Source: Octopus sinensis
Lineage: Eukaryota
Assembly (NCBI RefSeq): GCF_006345805.1
Contig: NC_042997.1
Coordinates: 211,110,001-211,174,000, forward strand
Length of the DNA stretch: 64,000 nucleotides
Reading direction: 5' to 3'
The notes beneath the pieces are model-generated. The model made no database searches and was not told the DNA's origin. It was given only the letters and a program-made list of their open reading frames with translations. Position numbers and translations under genes: made by a program. Positions 35,426 through 50,340 of this stretch are shown piece by piece (the first letter of the stretch is position 1; each line of letters starts with the position of its first letter).

Positions 35426-37446
35426 TCAGGCCATAACCCGTGGCCCCTACCTGGGACGTAGTCAGTCCTCCTGTGCATACCTTCCTTCTTGTGACACTTA
35501 TGAAGACCTGTTGAGGCAAATGAAAATCAATCAAAAATCAAATCAAACCAAATCAAAATAGATGAACATCAATGGAATTGTATCTTTGTGGTTCCAGTAC
35601 CGGTGGCCACAAAGAAAACCATCCGAACGTGGCCGTAGCCAGTACCGCATCGACTGGCCTCCGTGCTGTGGGCACAACAAACACCATCTGATCGTGGCCG
35701 TTCGCCAGCCTCATCTGGCACCTGTGTCGTGGTGGCACATAAAAACACCATCCGAAGACCCGGCGACGTAGTCAGTCCACCTGTGCATACCTTCCCTCTT
35801 ATGACACTTGTGAAGACTGTTGAGGCAAGTGTGTGACACTTGTGAAGACCTGTTGAGGCAGAGGCAAGTGTGTGACACTTGTGAAGACCTGTTGAGGCAG
35901 AGGCAAGTGTGTGACACTTGTGGAGACGTGTTGAGGCAAGTGTGTGACAAGTGTGACACTTGTGAAGACCTGTTGAGGCAAGTGAAAATCAAACCAAATC
36001 AAAATAGATGAACATCAATGGAATTTGTATCTTTGTGGTTCCAGTACCGGTGGCACACAAGAAAACCATCCGATCGTGGCCGTTCGCCAGCCTCATCTGG
36101 CACCTGTGTCGGTGGCACATAAAAACACCATCCGAAGACCCGGCGACGTAGTCAGTCCACCTGTGCATACCTTCCTACTTATGACACTTGTGAAGACCTG
36201 TTGAGGCAAGTGAAAATCAAAATCAAATCAAATCAAATCAAACCAAATCAAAATAGATGAACATCAATGGAATTTGTATCTTTGTGGTACCAGTACCGGT
36301 GGCACACAAGAAAACCATCCGAACGTGGCCGTAGCCAGTACCGCATCGACTGGCCTCTGTGATGTGGGCACATAACAAACACCATCCGATCGTGGCCGTC
36401 CGCCAGCCTCATCTGGCACCTGTGTCGGTGGCACATAAAAACACCAACCGAAGACCCGGCAAGACTAGTCAGGCCATAACCCATAGCCCCTACTTGGGAC
36501 GTAGTCAGTCCACCTGTGCATACCTTCCTTCCTTCTTGTGACACTTGTGAAGACCTGTGAAGACCTGTTGAGGCAAGTGCTGTTGAGGCAAGTGAAAATC
36601 AAATCAAATCAAATCAAAATAGATGAACATCAATGGAATTTGTATCTTGTGGTACCAGTGCCGGTGGCACACAAGAAAACCATCCGAACGTGGCCGTAGC
36701 CAGTACCGCATCGACTGGCCTCCGTGCTGTGGGCACGCAACAAACACCATCCGATCGTGGCCGTTCGCCAGCCTCATCTGGCACCTGTGTCGGTGGCACA
36801 TAAAAACACATCCGAAGACCCGGCAAGACTAGTCAGGCCATAACCCGTGGCCCCTACCTGGGACGTAGTCAGTCCACCTGTGCATACCTTCCTTCTTGTG
36901 ACATTTGTGAAGACCTGTTGAGGCAAGTGAAAATCAAATCAAATCAAAACAAATCAAAATAGATGAACATCAATGGAATTTGTATCTTGTGGTACCAGTG
37001 CCGGTGGCCACACAAGAAGATCATCCGAACGTGGCCGTAGCCAGTACCACATAGACTGGCCTCCGTGCTTTGGGGACGTAACAAACACCATCCGATCGTG
37101 GCCGTCCGCCAGCCTCATCTGGCACCTGTGTCGGTGGCACATAAAAACACCATCCGAGCGTGGCCGTCTGCCAGCCTCGTCTGGCACCTGTGTCGGTGGC
37201 ACATAAAAACACCATCCGAGCGTGGCCGTTCGCCAGCCTCGTCTGGCACCTGTGTCGGTGGCACATAAAATCACCCACTACACTCTCGGAGTGGTTGGCG
37301 TTAGGAAGGGCATCCAGCTGTAGAAACACTGCCAGATCTGACTGGCCTGGTGCAGCCTTCGGGCTCCCCAGACCCCAGTTGAACCGTCCAACCCATGCTA
37401 GCATGGAAAACGGACGCTAAATGATGATGATGATGATGATGATGAT
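35407..37446 (+). repeat. RTE 3' UTR built of five ~350-bp macro-units followed by the terminal (GAT)n tail
   Basis: gaagacccggc restarts at ~35407, 35754, 36134, 36450 and 36814. Each unit has gtgacacttgtgaagacctgttgaggcaag, (AAATC)n-like repeats and gtg-ggt-ggcac hairpin modules. Confidence 0.9.
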
Positions 37447-37540
37447 AATAATTTGAGGGAATATTATTCCTAACTTACAGGGAAAAATTCAATTTAGAAA
37501 TATTAAATCAAATTTCACAAAATATAATATATATATATTA

Positions 37541-37806
37541 TTTCTAACTTTTATATCATTATCATCGTTTAACGTCCGTTCTCCATGCTAGCATGAGTTA
37601 GACGGTTCGACCGGGGATCTGGGAAGCCAGAAGGCTGCACCAGGCTCCAGTCTTTTCATCCAGCTGTAGAAACATTGCCAGAAAAGACTGGAGCCTGGTG
37701 CAGCCTTCTGGCTTCCCAGATCCCCGGTCGAACCGTCCAACCCATGCTAGCATGGAGAACGGACGTTAAACGATGATAATGATGATGATGATATAAAAGT
37801 TAGAAA
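37541..37806. repeat. Fold-back (inverted) duplication of an RTE tail plus its flank; ~117-bp arms, 23-bp spacer
   Basis: 37541-37657 is the reverse complement of 37681-37806, including the non-repeat flank tttctaacttttata/tataaaagttagaaa. Confidence 0.92.
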
Positions 37807-38243
37807 AAAACACCTTTTATCAATTCAAAATGAACAATTAAATTACACCATCTAGAAAATTACATATAATAGAAATATTAAATATAAAATAACAATAATA
37901 TACCAATGATTAAGTAAATTGCAAAATAATAATAAAACGTATATACCACATATATACATTTTATTTATTATTTTGCAATTTACTTAATCATTGGTATATT
38001 ATTGTTATTTTATATTTAATATTTCTATTAGGCGCAGGAGTGGCTGTGTGGTAAGTAGCTTGCTAACCAACCACATGGTTCCGGGTTCAGTCCCACTGCG
38101 TGGCATCTTGGGCAAGTGTCTTCTGCAATAGCCCCGGGCCGACCAATGCCTTGTGAGTGGATTTGGTAGACGGAAACTGAAAGAAGCCTGTCGTATATAT
38201 GTATATATATATATATATATAATATATATATAATATATATATA

Positions 38244-38283
<40 letters not shown>

Positions 38284-38562
38284 TTGTTTGTCTGTGTTTG
38301 TCCCCCTAGCATTGCTTGACAACCGATGCTGGTGTGTTTACGTCCCCGTCACTTAGCGGTTCGGCAAAAGAGACCGATAGAATAAGTACTGGGCTTACAA
38401 AGAATAAGTCCTGGGGTCGATTTGCTCGACTAAAGGCGGTGCTCCAGCATGGCTGCAGTCAAATGACTGAAACAAGTAAAAGAGAAAAAGAGTATATATA
38501 ATTTTCTAGATGGTGTAATTTAATTGTTCAATTTGAATTGATAAAAGGTGTTTTTTTCTAAT
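37795..38562. repeat. AT-rich palindrome (~140-bp arms) with SINE-A inserted in the right arm
   Basis: 37795-37935 pairs with 37956-38030 plus 38493-38562 once the SINE (38031-38492) is removed. Confidence 0.88.
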
Positions 38563-38642
38563 TTATATATATATATATATGTGTGTGTGTGTGGTGGTTC
38601 TCTAGTCCTTATGCAGAGTCTGATCACCTCTTGTACTTACAC

Positions 38643-41600
38643 CTAAGATCCATCATGGTGTCTGATGTGGCTTTTTAGACCAGACAATGTATTAAAAGGA
38701 CACCCACATAGATTGCATATCCAATGTGGACCAATAAGAGTTGCAGTTGAGTTCTGCTCTTTGTGGATCTTAAAATGTCTTTTGAGGCCTCCGTTAGACT
38801 TACAGACCTTCTGCCATACACGGCATTGTAAGGTGTGCACAAATATACAGGTACAGTTGTCGGTGGAGGTTTGTTTTTCATGGGTCCTCAAATGAGATTT
38901 GAGTCCAGCCAAAGAAAGGGGTAATCTGACACAAACTGTGCACACATCATCACTGTTTAATGTCGGTTTTCCATGCTGGCATGGGTTGGACTGTTTGACA
39001 GGATCTGACAAACCAGACGACTTCACCAAGCTCTATTGCCTGCTTTGGCATGGTTTCTATAGCTGGATGATCTTCCTAGCACCAACCATGTTACAGAGTG
39101 TATGGGGTGCTTTTTATGTGGCACCAGCACTGACAGGGTCACTAAAGTAACTTGCAAGACAAAACCCCGTCAGCTGGGAGTGGGGGTGGCTTTGTGCCAG
39201 TTGATGAGGTGCGCACTTATGTGCTCATATGTCCATATGTGTACTCTGTGGCTGTTGTAAAGTACATTCCTCCCACTGCTGTGATCTGTGACTGCCATTG
39301 TACTGTAGTTGTTGTTGTACTCTAGTAGCCACAATACTTACTAGTCATGGGATACCATTGCATCTCTTCGTACTGGAATAGTAATACACTAATATCTTCT
39401 GTCATATATGTCAAGTGCTTTGCTATTAAACTAAACTGCCCAGTAACAAATTTTTCTGCAATTTTAGAACTTATAAATTTAGCTTCATAAAATGCTAACG
39501 TTAAACTCAGAATATATACATCTGTATGTAATGGTTCTCAACTCACTTTGGAGTATAACCGCTTTCCTGTTGCAGTCTGTTACAAGTTTGATAGCATTTC
39601 TGCCATGGGCCCTCCAATAACTGCCTAGTTCTGAATTTGTTTTAAATTTTTAGCAATAAAGTGCATAATTTTGTCCAAATCACACCAACGGTAGTGCCAC
39701 CCTCATCCAAAAGGGATTTTTAGCCTTGTAGTAGATGAACACACCTTTAGACATAAATGACTGCAGTATTCGACTGGTGTTGTTGGAACTCTATACACAT
39801 AAACACCTCATGCAAGTCTCCCAATGGGTGCACAAGTCTGCCTTTTAAAGTGTCATATGACCACAAACTCGATGGGCAAGATTATCTCTGGACTTTCTAT
39901 CATGCCGAACATTCTTCACTTTTTTGGTCATTATGTTTCACTATTTGATGCGGGAATTTCAGTTCCTCAAACTGTGGACTGCCATTAGCTTCTGTTCTAT
40001 ATCAGATGTTCCCAAGGAACCGTCTTGTTGTTTAAGGATATAAAATTGTTACTGTAATGTCATGAAATTTCCGTTTTGTTTTTGTGTTGGGGTCACAACT
40101 AATTCTGTAAAGAAATGACTTTGGAAACCTGAAATCATCAAGATGAGTGACAGGATCCAACGATTGCATATATTACATGAGAAGGCGAGCATCCATACTG
40201 CAACATTTGTGTCAGGTGTAAAAGATTTCTATCTGATGTTTAATATATGTCTGAGAAATCTTGCATGTCTTTGATGAGTTTTTGCAAGGAACATCATCAT
40301 CATCATCATCATCGTCGTTTAGCGTCCGTTTTCCATGCTAGCATGGGTTGATGATGTGAATGTCATAGAGGCAAACCTTGGGGAACAGCTTCAAATCCCT
40401 TTTTGAACTGACTCATTTTTCCTGTGTCCCAAGTACAATTTAAGCCTGGATAATTCTTAAATTGATTTTGGAATCTAAGCATTCTTTCCTGGAGACACAA
40501 GAAAATCCACTACATCAAGTCTGATCCCTTGGACAAATTCATCAACATCATCGTTTAATGTCCGCTTTCCATGCTAGCATGGGTTGGACGATTTTTGACT
40601 TTGGGCTGGCGAACCAGATGGCTGCACCAGGCTCCAATCTTGATCTGGCAGAGTTTCTACAGCTGGATGCCCTTCCTAACGCCAACCACTCCGAGAGTGT
40701 AGTGGGTGCTTTTTACGTGCCACCGGCACGGGGGCCAGTCAGGCGGTACTGGCAACAACCTCGCTCACTTTTATATATGTCTCTCCTGGAGAAGGTCTAA
40801 AACATCATCTTATTGTTCTTCAGGTTTATTGTTAAGCCCTAAAGCAGTACAGTCACTGGAGAAGAGGTTCTAGGGTTATAAAGGGCTTTGATTTAGAAAC
40901 AATTCATAACCAGCAGTTTACTTGTTGTGCAATAGCTAAGATGCATCCATCACAGTCCTTAACCCTTTAGCATTTAAACCAGTCATCATTACCATCATCA
41001 TCATCGTCGTCATTGTCATCATTATCATTTAACATCTGTTTTCCATGCTGGCATGGGTTGGACAACTTGACAGGAGCTGGCAAGTCAGAAGCCTGCAATG
41101 AGCTCCACTGGCTGTTTCGGCATCGATTCTACAACTGGATGCCTTTCCTAATGCCAACCACTTTACAGAGTGGGTTGAATGCTTCCTATGTGGCATCAGC
41201 ATTGGTCCAGATATCCTGCCTGTTTTATGTTCAGTATGGCCAGATCTGGTCTCTTACACCTACTCTACAATGTCATTCTAAAATAAACAATCACATCATT
41301 GAAATCTTGAAGCTACAAGATGGTGCCTAATTCTAAATGAGCAATAAACTGGCCAAAGACATCTGAATGCCAAAGGGTCAAATATTCAAGCAGCTGTTGT
41401 AGAGCAAAGCTAAGGAGAACTCACTTGGCACAGAGGCAAACCGTCTTCGAATCAGTTCTCTTAGAAACCCCTATTTAGTTTATACTTGTGTGAAGTTGGA
41501 CAAACAAATCGACAAACTTAGGTGGCCACCTCAACTTACCCAACACTCACCACTGTATCAAAGGGTTTCACAGGATCAATGAAAACTCAGCAAAAGGGAG

Positions 41601-42220
41601 AAATCCCTGTTCATTTCTTCTGCAACAGTCTAATGCTTCTACCAAATCTAAATCCACATTGAGAGTAGGGGACAATGAGGGAATATCTGTCGGTAGTCTC
41701 AACAAGTGTTACAAGTTAAGGAAATACCATGGAAGTTACCAAATTTGCGCTTGGTGCCTTTTTTTCTTGAGCAATAAAATCAGTGTAGCTGTGGAACTGG
41801 TGAATCATTCCATATGTTAACAGTTCTTGTGGTCACAGCCAATATATCTCCACCAAGCTTAATAACTTCAGTTGGTACATGCTCACTTCATGCAGTTTTG
41901 ACTTCCTCTGTCGTAGACTTATTATCCATTTCTTTACTAACATGGCACTGCAAAAGATTTTTCTGTGACTTATCTATTTTGGATGGATTGGGGAAAGAGG
42001 TTCTGTGGAATGCTTTATTGATCTCTTCAGAATCTGATGCTGAAAAGTATTTCTGATTACTGATTAAAACCTATCCATCTTTGAAATGTAGAGAAGCAGT
42101 GATTGATTGGTGAGGTTGAAATACTTGTTTTAACAGGCAGTACATATTCTTTAGTGTCTTTTTTGTGAAAGTCCAATTGAATATCTGTGGATCTGACTAA
42201 CCACCACATGCTTGACGTTA
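38643..42220 (-). pseudogene. Duplicate of the RTE-BovB-like LINE with C2H2 array
   Basis: ORF 38643..39029(-) is the paralogue of 13773..14159; finger 2 reads CRVW (Cys lost). Confidence 0.75.
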
Positions 42221-43725
42221 AACGGTGATGATTGGTGGGACATAGAAAAATCACTGAGTACACTCCGTAAAGTGGTTGGTGTTAAGAAGGGCATCCAGCC
42301 ATAGAAACCATGGCAGAACAGACAATTGGAACATGGTGTGGCTCCTGGCCTTGCCAACTCCAGTCAAACTGTCCAGTCCATGCCAGCATGGAAAACGGAC
42401 ATTGGATGATGATGATGATATTTGTTGGCAACAAGCTGTAAAAGTAACTCAAAGGTCAAGGAGTTCTTACATGACACCCATCATGCATAGTAAGTGATAA
42501 ATCTGATAAGTACCTTGGACAAAATTCTGGACACTTGAGTCTCTTTTACAACTTTCTGCTGATTACAAAATAACAAAGATGTAGGTGAGGTCTTATTGTT
42601 AAGAAGCTAACTTTCCAATCATGTACTGTAAACCAGTACAACCTGTGTCAGTGGGGTAGAAAGGGCTCCTTAGCCGTAGTGAAGGCAATCTGTCTAGGGA
42701 GATAACCTTACAACAAATCCCTTGGTCCATAGCTTAGAAATACTGGGTTGACGTCCAGTGGGAACAGCTTTGTTTCATGGAGGAGGAAAGATCTTCTTTA
42801 GTGCTTGGTTGTACAATGCTTTCCAATGTGTGTAGTAGCGACACACGCACACATTATTAGCCATCTGAAAAGACTATGTCTCGACCACAGTTGAACAATG
42901 ATGATGATGCTTTTAAGTTCAGTCCCACTGTGTGGCACTTAGGCAGGTGACTTTCTGTCTTCCACTCTAGCCCTGGGTTGAGAGAAGCTGAAAGAATTGT
43001 ATCTCACACACACATCTGTGTGTGTGTCAGTGTGTATATAACTTTGTTTTCATATGTGATGGTTGTAAACAAGAGCCACTGTCATGCAAGTGATGTTGTT
43101 TCTTTCTGGTCTTTCATAAAAGACATGTTTAACCATGGGGGAAACCTTGCTTGGAAACAGGAAAGGCAACCAGCTACAGAAAATCGTCCTTCACTGGATT
43201 TCAGTATACAAAAGTGGACGTTAAAATAATGATGGTGTGTGTGTGTGTGTGTGACTAATGACTGAGACCTTTGGTGACATACTGTGCTTGAGAAGTGAAA
43301 TCCTAGTTGTGGTGAGACCTGTGGCACGTAAAAAATGCTTTTCGAGCATTGGGTCCCACAGAGGCAGTGTGACCAATGCTGGTGTTGCATAACTAGCACC
43401 CATGTTGATGGCATGTAAAAAAAACCAACCTTTTGAGCATTGGGCCTCACAGAGGCAATGGCAAATGACCGAAACATTTGGCAATATGCTGGGCATGAGA
43501 AGAAGGTCCATCAAGTCGAGGGAAATCTAATCACTGGAGATACTTGTGTCACACAACAAGGACCTTCACCGATGGCATGCAAAAGCATCTGTTACGCTCT
43601 CAGAGTGATTGGCACTGAGGTCTGGTGCAACCCCTCAGCTCACTAACCCTGGTCAAGCTGTCCAACCCATGCCAGCATGAACAGTGGACATTAAATGATA
43701 ATGATACTGTATGTATATATATATA

Positions 43726-43768
<43 letters not shown>

Positions 43769-45242
43769 GTTTGGTGTTAGGAAGGGCATCCAGCTGTAGA
43801 AACACTGCCAGATCAGACTGGTGCCTGGTGCAGCCTCATGGCTTCCCAGATCCCCGGTCGAACCGTCCAACCCATGCTAGCATGGAAAATGGACGTTAAA
43901 CGATGATGATGATGATATATATATATATGTAAATGTTTAGTTAAATATATTCAATGAGAATATTATACACTGAATTTACATTGAGTGCTCTATTGTATCA
44001 AAGTGTTAATACTATTAAAGTATTTATATATTTAATACGAGCGAATATATTTATATATATTGATAGAGAAGGCTCAGCAAGTAAAGTGAGACCACAGCCG
44101 TGACTGATGCCAGTGTCACATGACCAGCCCATTTAAAAATTTAAAAGTACCCTTGAATCATTGAGCAATACACGACACTTGATAAGACCTATTGAGTCAA
44201 GTAAAATCAAAATGTGGCTGATACCAGTGCCACCCGACTGGCACTTGTGCTGGTGGCACATAATAAGCACCATTCAAGCGTGGGTCGATGTCAGTGGCCC
44301 CAACTGGCTCCTGTGCCGGTGGCACATAAAAGGCACTGCCCGAACATAGTTGATGCCAGTACTGCGTGATTGACTTCTGTGCCAGTGGCACATAAAAGGC
44401 ACCCATTACACTCTTGGAGTGGTTGGCATTAGGAAGGGCATCCAGCTGTAGAAACCTTGCCAGACCAGATTGGAGCCTAGTGCAGCCTACTAGCTTGCCA
44501 GTCCCCAGTCAATCCGTCCAATCCATCCCAGCATGGAAAACAGACACTAAATGATGATGATGATGATGATGATATAGTTCTGCCAGATCAAGACTGGAGC
44601 CTGGTGCAACCTTCTGGTTCGCCAGCCCACAATGAAACCATCCAACCCATGGTAGCATGGAAAGCGGATGTTAAACGACAATGATGATGATTCCTGTTTT
44701 GCAAGTTACTTGGCACTTCACAAGTGCTGGTGGTATAAAAAAATAAAAAAAAAAACCAGTGTAGGGCACTGTGCTGTAGAGTAGTTAGTATTAGGGAGAG
44801 CATTGAACAGTAAAAAAGCATGCGGAAGCTGACATGGAGTACAATGCAAACCTGTGGCTTGGCGGATCCTGTCTAACCAACGAACTCCTACCAGCATGGA
44901 AAATGGATGTTAATGATGATATATAGTTTATAGATTAGAGACAAGTATTCTCCTTATAGAATACCCTTTGTAGTGCTCAAGAGATAGGAACTTGAGTAGG
45001 TAGAGGAGTAAATATAAGGATAAGCAAGTCGATATACAAATACATTTGATACAATTTTTTTACAGATAGGCGCAGGAGTGGCTGTGTGGTAAGTAGCTTG
45101 CTAACCAACCACATGGTTCCGGGTTCAGTCCCACTGCGTGGCATCTTGGGCAAGTGTCTTCTGCTATAGCTCCGGGCCGACCAATGGCTTGTGAGTGGAT
45201 TTGGTAGATGGAAACTGAAAGAAGCCCGTCGTATATATGTAT

Positions 45243-45293
<51 letters not shown>

Positions 45294-47252
45294 ATGTGTT
45301 TGTGTGTCTGTGTTTGTCCCCCCAGCATTGCTTGACAACTGATGCTGGTGTGTTTACGTCCCCGTCACTTAGCAGTTCGGCAAAAGAGACCGAGAGAATA
45401 AGTACTGGGCTTACAAAGAATAAGTCCCGGGTCAATTTGCTCGACTAAAGGCGGTGCTCCAGCATGGCCGCAGTCAAATGACTGAAACAAGTAAAAGAGT
45501 AAAAAGAGATAGGAGCACTCTGTCGGTTACAACGACGAGGGTCCCAGCTGATGCGATCAAGGGAACAGCTTGCTCGTGGAATTAACGTGCAAGTGGGTGA
45601 GCTCTCCACAGACTTGTGTACCCTTAACGTGGTTCTCAGGGAGATTCAGCGTGACACGGTGTGTGACCAGGCTGGCCTTTTGAAATACAGGTCCTACTTG
45701 TTTTTGTCAGCTGAGTGGACTGGAGCAATGTGAAATAAAGTGACTGGATCAAGGGCACAATGCATCACCGGGAATTGAACTCACGACCTTATGATCATGA
45801 ATGGAATGCCCTAACTCATTTCTTTACTACCCACAAGGGGCTAAACACAGAGGGGACAAACAAGGACAGACATAGGTATTAAGTTGATTACATCGACCCC
45901 AGTGCGTAACTGGTGCTTAATTTATCGACCCCAAAAGGATGAAAGGCAAAGTCGACCTCGGCGGAATTTGAACTCACAAAGTAATGGCAGACAAAATACC
46001 GCAAAGCATTTCGCCCGGCGTGCTAACGCTTCTCCCAGCTCGCCGCCTTGACTAGGCAGATGGCCTAACCACTAGGCCCTGTGCCTTCACTTATACAGCT
46101 GATGCACATATGTGTGCATATGCAAAAGAGTGTGACTTACACAGAATATAAATGATATCAAGAATTAAAGGGATTGAGTAAGAGTTTTACGAGTCCAACA
46201 GCTGTTTCTGGGAGCTTGGTGGTCCAAAATAATGATTGTAACTTGATTTCATCATCAGATACCACCAACCTCCTTTATCAGGGAAGAATTTTACAAGTCC
46301 AACTGCTGTTGGATTCTTAAAACTCTTACTCAACCCTTTTCATCCCTGATGTCATATATAACCTGTGTAAGTTGGTTTTCTACAGCTGGATGCCCTTCCT
46401 GATGCCAAGCACTCCGAGAGTGTAGTGAATGCTTTTACATGTCACCATAACGGGTGCCATTTGCGTAACACCAGTATCTATCACAATTGCAATATTGCTT
46501 AGCTTGATGGATCTTCTGTTCAAGCACAACATTATGCCAAAGGTATTGGTTATTGCCTCCGTGAGGCCCAACACTCGATAGGAACTCAGCCACTTTGCCC
46601 CTGTGAGGCCCATCGCTCAAAGGAACTCTGGTCACTTTGCCTATGTGAGACATGATGCTTGAAGGAACTCAGCCACTTTGCCTCTGGATGGCCTGACACT
46701 TGAAAGGAACTCAGCCACTTTTGTCTCTTTCAGGCCCAACACTTGAAAGGAACTCAGCCACCTTTGTCTCTTTGAGGCCCAACACTTGAAAGGAACTGAG
46801 CCACTTTTGTCTCTTTGAGGCCCAACATTTGATTCATAATAGTTAAAATAGCTTACAGAGAGGCAGGTGGGGTCAGTCGATGAAGATATTGATTGGGGGG
46901 AAAGAAAATAGGAAGGTCCTGAACTTGTGAGCACCATGAATGATGAAGGGGTTTGTCCCAGAATCTCCTAGGTCTCCCTCTTCTAAAGGTTCCATTCAAC
47001 ACTCCTTTATACAGCTGTCAGCTTCCATCATATGCTCATAGAAGCATAATCTTTTCCCTTGTACACTGATTGCTCTTCTTTCGTCCAATTCTTCTCTCTG
47101 CTTATTAACCCTCCAATGTTCATGCAAACTAACAATATATGTGCAGTGAAGTGTATCTACTTAATTTCTTCCTACTCTTTGCAAATCCTCTCTCTTCAAG
47201 ATCCATATCTCATTACGGTGCAGCATTGCACATGCAATATGATACATTCTTA

Positions 47253-47294
<42 letters not shown>

Positions 47295-49081
47295 ACACAT
47301 TACTCCCCTTCCTCATCACTCTCTTACACCAATCTCCCCCTGCCCTCACCCACTCCCATTGTACTGCAACTTCCCAAACACTTTACAAGTCATCAGCCCC
47401 TCTCCTGTCTCCCACTTCCAGTTGTGACTGACATGGCTACCTCACTAGTGTTGGTGCCTCAACATAAAGCAGCCAGTACACTCTATAAAGAGGTTGGAGA
47501 CAATGTAAGGTGGAGAGCATTCTTTAGTCCTGTTGAGGGCATAACATCTTTAGTGGTGGTGCCAAACAAAGAATGCAGCCCCTGTACATGTGTGAAGTGG
47601 TTGGTATTGGGAAGGGCATCAACCAGCCAAATCAAGCATCCAAGCCCTGGGTTATTGGATCCTGTCAAACTGTTAAAGCCGTCCCAGTTTAGAGAGTGGA
47701 TGCAAAATAATAATAATAAACGTTACTACTAAAGGCACAAAGCCTGAAAGTTTGGGGAAAGGGGGCTAGTCGATTACATCTCCCCCCCCAATACCTCACT
47801 GGTACTTAATTAATCAACCCTGAAAGGTTGAAAGGCAAAGTCGACCTCGGTGGAATTTCAACTCAGAATGGAGCAACGGGTAAAATGTTGCTAATTATTT
47901 CTGTTAGCTTGCCACATCATCATCATCATCACCAGTTAACGGCCGTTTTCCATGCTGGCATGGGTTGGATGGTTTGACTGGGGTCTGGGAAGCCATGGAG
48001 GCTGCACCAGGTTCCAGTCTGATCTGGCAGTGTTTCTACTGCTGGATACCCTTCCTAATGCCAACCACTCCAAAAGTGTAGTGAGTGCTTTTTACATGCT
48101 ACCAGCATGGAAGCCAGTCAGGTGGTACTGGCATCGAATGGTGCTTTGTACGTGCTATCGGCACAAGAGCCAGTCGACCATTGGGGGTGGGGATGGCATC
48201 TACGACGTTCAAATGGTGCTTTTTACGTGTCACTGGCATGGAAGCACTGACATCGGCCACAACTACAATTTCCATTTGATTGTGATTTGATTTTTGATTT
48301 TGATTTAGATTTACTCAGTAGGTTTCCTCAAACCTATTGTTGCCCGACAATTTAAAGGTGCTTTTTAAATGGGCTGGTTATGCGACACTGGTGTAGGCTA
48401 TCGCTGTGATCTCACTTTCTATGTCAGGTCTTCTCAGTCACAGCATACCTCCAGAGGTCTCGGTCTTTCGTCATTGCCTCTGTGAGGCCCGTTTGAAGGT
48501 CATGCTTCACCACCTCATCCTCTTCCTGGGTCTACCTCTTCCACAAATACCCTCCACTGTTAGGGTGTGACACCTCTTCACGTAGCTCTCCTCATCCTTA
48601 CACAGCACATGACGATATCAGTGCAGTTGTCTCTCTTGTACACCACATCTGTTGCTTCTTATGTCCAACATTTCTCTCAGAGCGCTTACACTCTGTTGTG
48701 TATGCACACTGACATTACACATCTAGCGGATCATACTAACTTCATTTCATTCATGCCTATGCATGTCCTCCGCAGTCACGGCCCATGTTTCACTGCCATG
48801 GAGCATAGCAGTTCGCACACATGCATCATACAGTCTACCCTTCACTCTGAGCAATAAAACAATAATAATCCTTTCTACTAGAGGCACAAGGCCTGAAATT
48901 TTGGGGAAGGGATTAAATCGATTACGTTGACACCAGTGCGTAACTGGTACTTATTTCATTGATCCCGAGAGGATTAAAGGCAAAGTCAACCTCGGCAGAA
49001 TTTGAACTCAGAATGTAGTGGCGGGCGAAATGCTGCTGATCATTTTGTCCAGTTTGCTAGTGATTTTGCCAGCTTGTTGCC

Positions 49082-49123
<42 letters not shown>

Positions 49124-50340
49124 GTAATCCTTTGTACTATTGGCACATGGCCTGAAATTTGAGGGGAAGGGGGCTAGTCGATTACATGAACCCTAGTGCG
49201 TAACTTGTACTTAATTTATCGACCCCGAGGGGGTGAAAGGCAAAGTTGGCCTTGGTGGAATTTGAACTCAGAAAGTAAAGCTGGATAAAATGTTGCTAAG
49301 CATTTCGTCCGGTGTGCTAACGATTCTGCCAGCTCGCCGCCTTCAACAACAACAATAATGTTGATGATGATGATGCGTGATACATAAACTGTCGTGATCA
49401 GCCGTCAGAGTTCGATATGAGAATGTTTGCTCCGCCTAAAACAGGAATTTATACACACGCACGCACCTAGTATTTATGTATGCACTTATCTTTACAATAA
49501 ATTTTTATATGGATATGGAAGCACTCCGTCGGTTACGACAACGAGGGTTCCGGTTGATCCGAATCAACGGAACAGCCTGCTCGTGAAATTAACGTGTAAG
49601 TGGCTGAGCACTCCACAGACACGTGTACCCTTAACGTAGTTCTTGGGGATATTCAGCGTGACACTCACAACGCCTGGTCTGGGAATCGAAACCGTGATCC
49701 TATGACCGCGAGTCCGCTGCCCAAACCACTGGGCCATTGCGCCTCCACAATTTTTTATAAAATGGAATAAATATATGGTGGAGGCTTGAGAATGATACAG
49801 TCGTAAATCGTCGTCTTACAAAACAAACAAGTTATACGTTAGTCTTTGGTTTCCTTTAATTAAATAAATTAATCAATTAACGAAGAATTGTATCGATGAC
49901 TGCAATTTTCTTTAGTTGAAGTGTCGATGATACATTCACAAGGAAATCGAATTTAGTGAAACGTAGGTGGCCCAGAATTATACGTGTGTGTGTGTTCTTA
50001 AGGATCGTTTTGGTCGATTGTGTGTCTAAATGCAAGCTTCTACTTAATTCACAGCAGTGTGTTAACCTGTTGGAATTTAAACGGCCTATTATTATTTAAT
50101 TGAGCTCTTAATTACTGTGGATATATGTATTATGTTTTGTTTTATGCAACACAACATCCCTCTCTTTCTCTTTAATTAAAGAGAGGGATGATACATAAAA
50201 CAAAACACAATTATATATATATATATATAATGATGATGATGACATATATATATATATATAGGGAGAATTCACGAAAAAAACAAAAGACGAAGACAGTTGG
50301 TGTAAACAACAAACAGATAACGCTGGGGAAGCGAAAAAGT

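Noticed and set aside
36755-36785. CAGATGA-G-GCTGG-C-GAAC as a hammerhead variant in the UTR modules
   Set aside because: Two core mismatches, no stem I/III partner found, and other modules read CAGACGA or CAGGCGA; it is just the ccag/ctgg hairpin.
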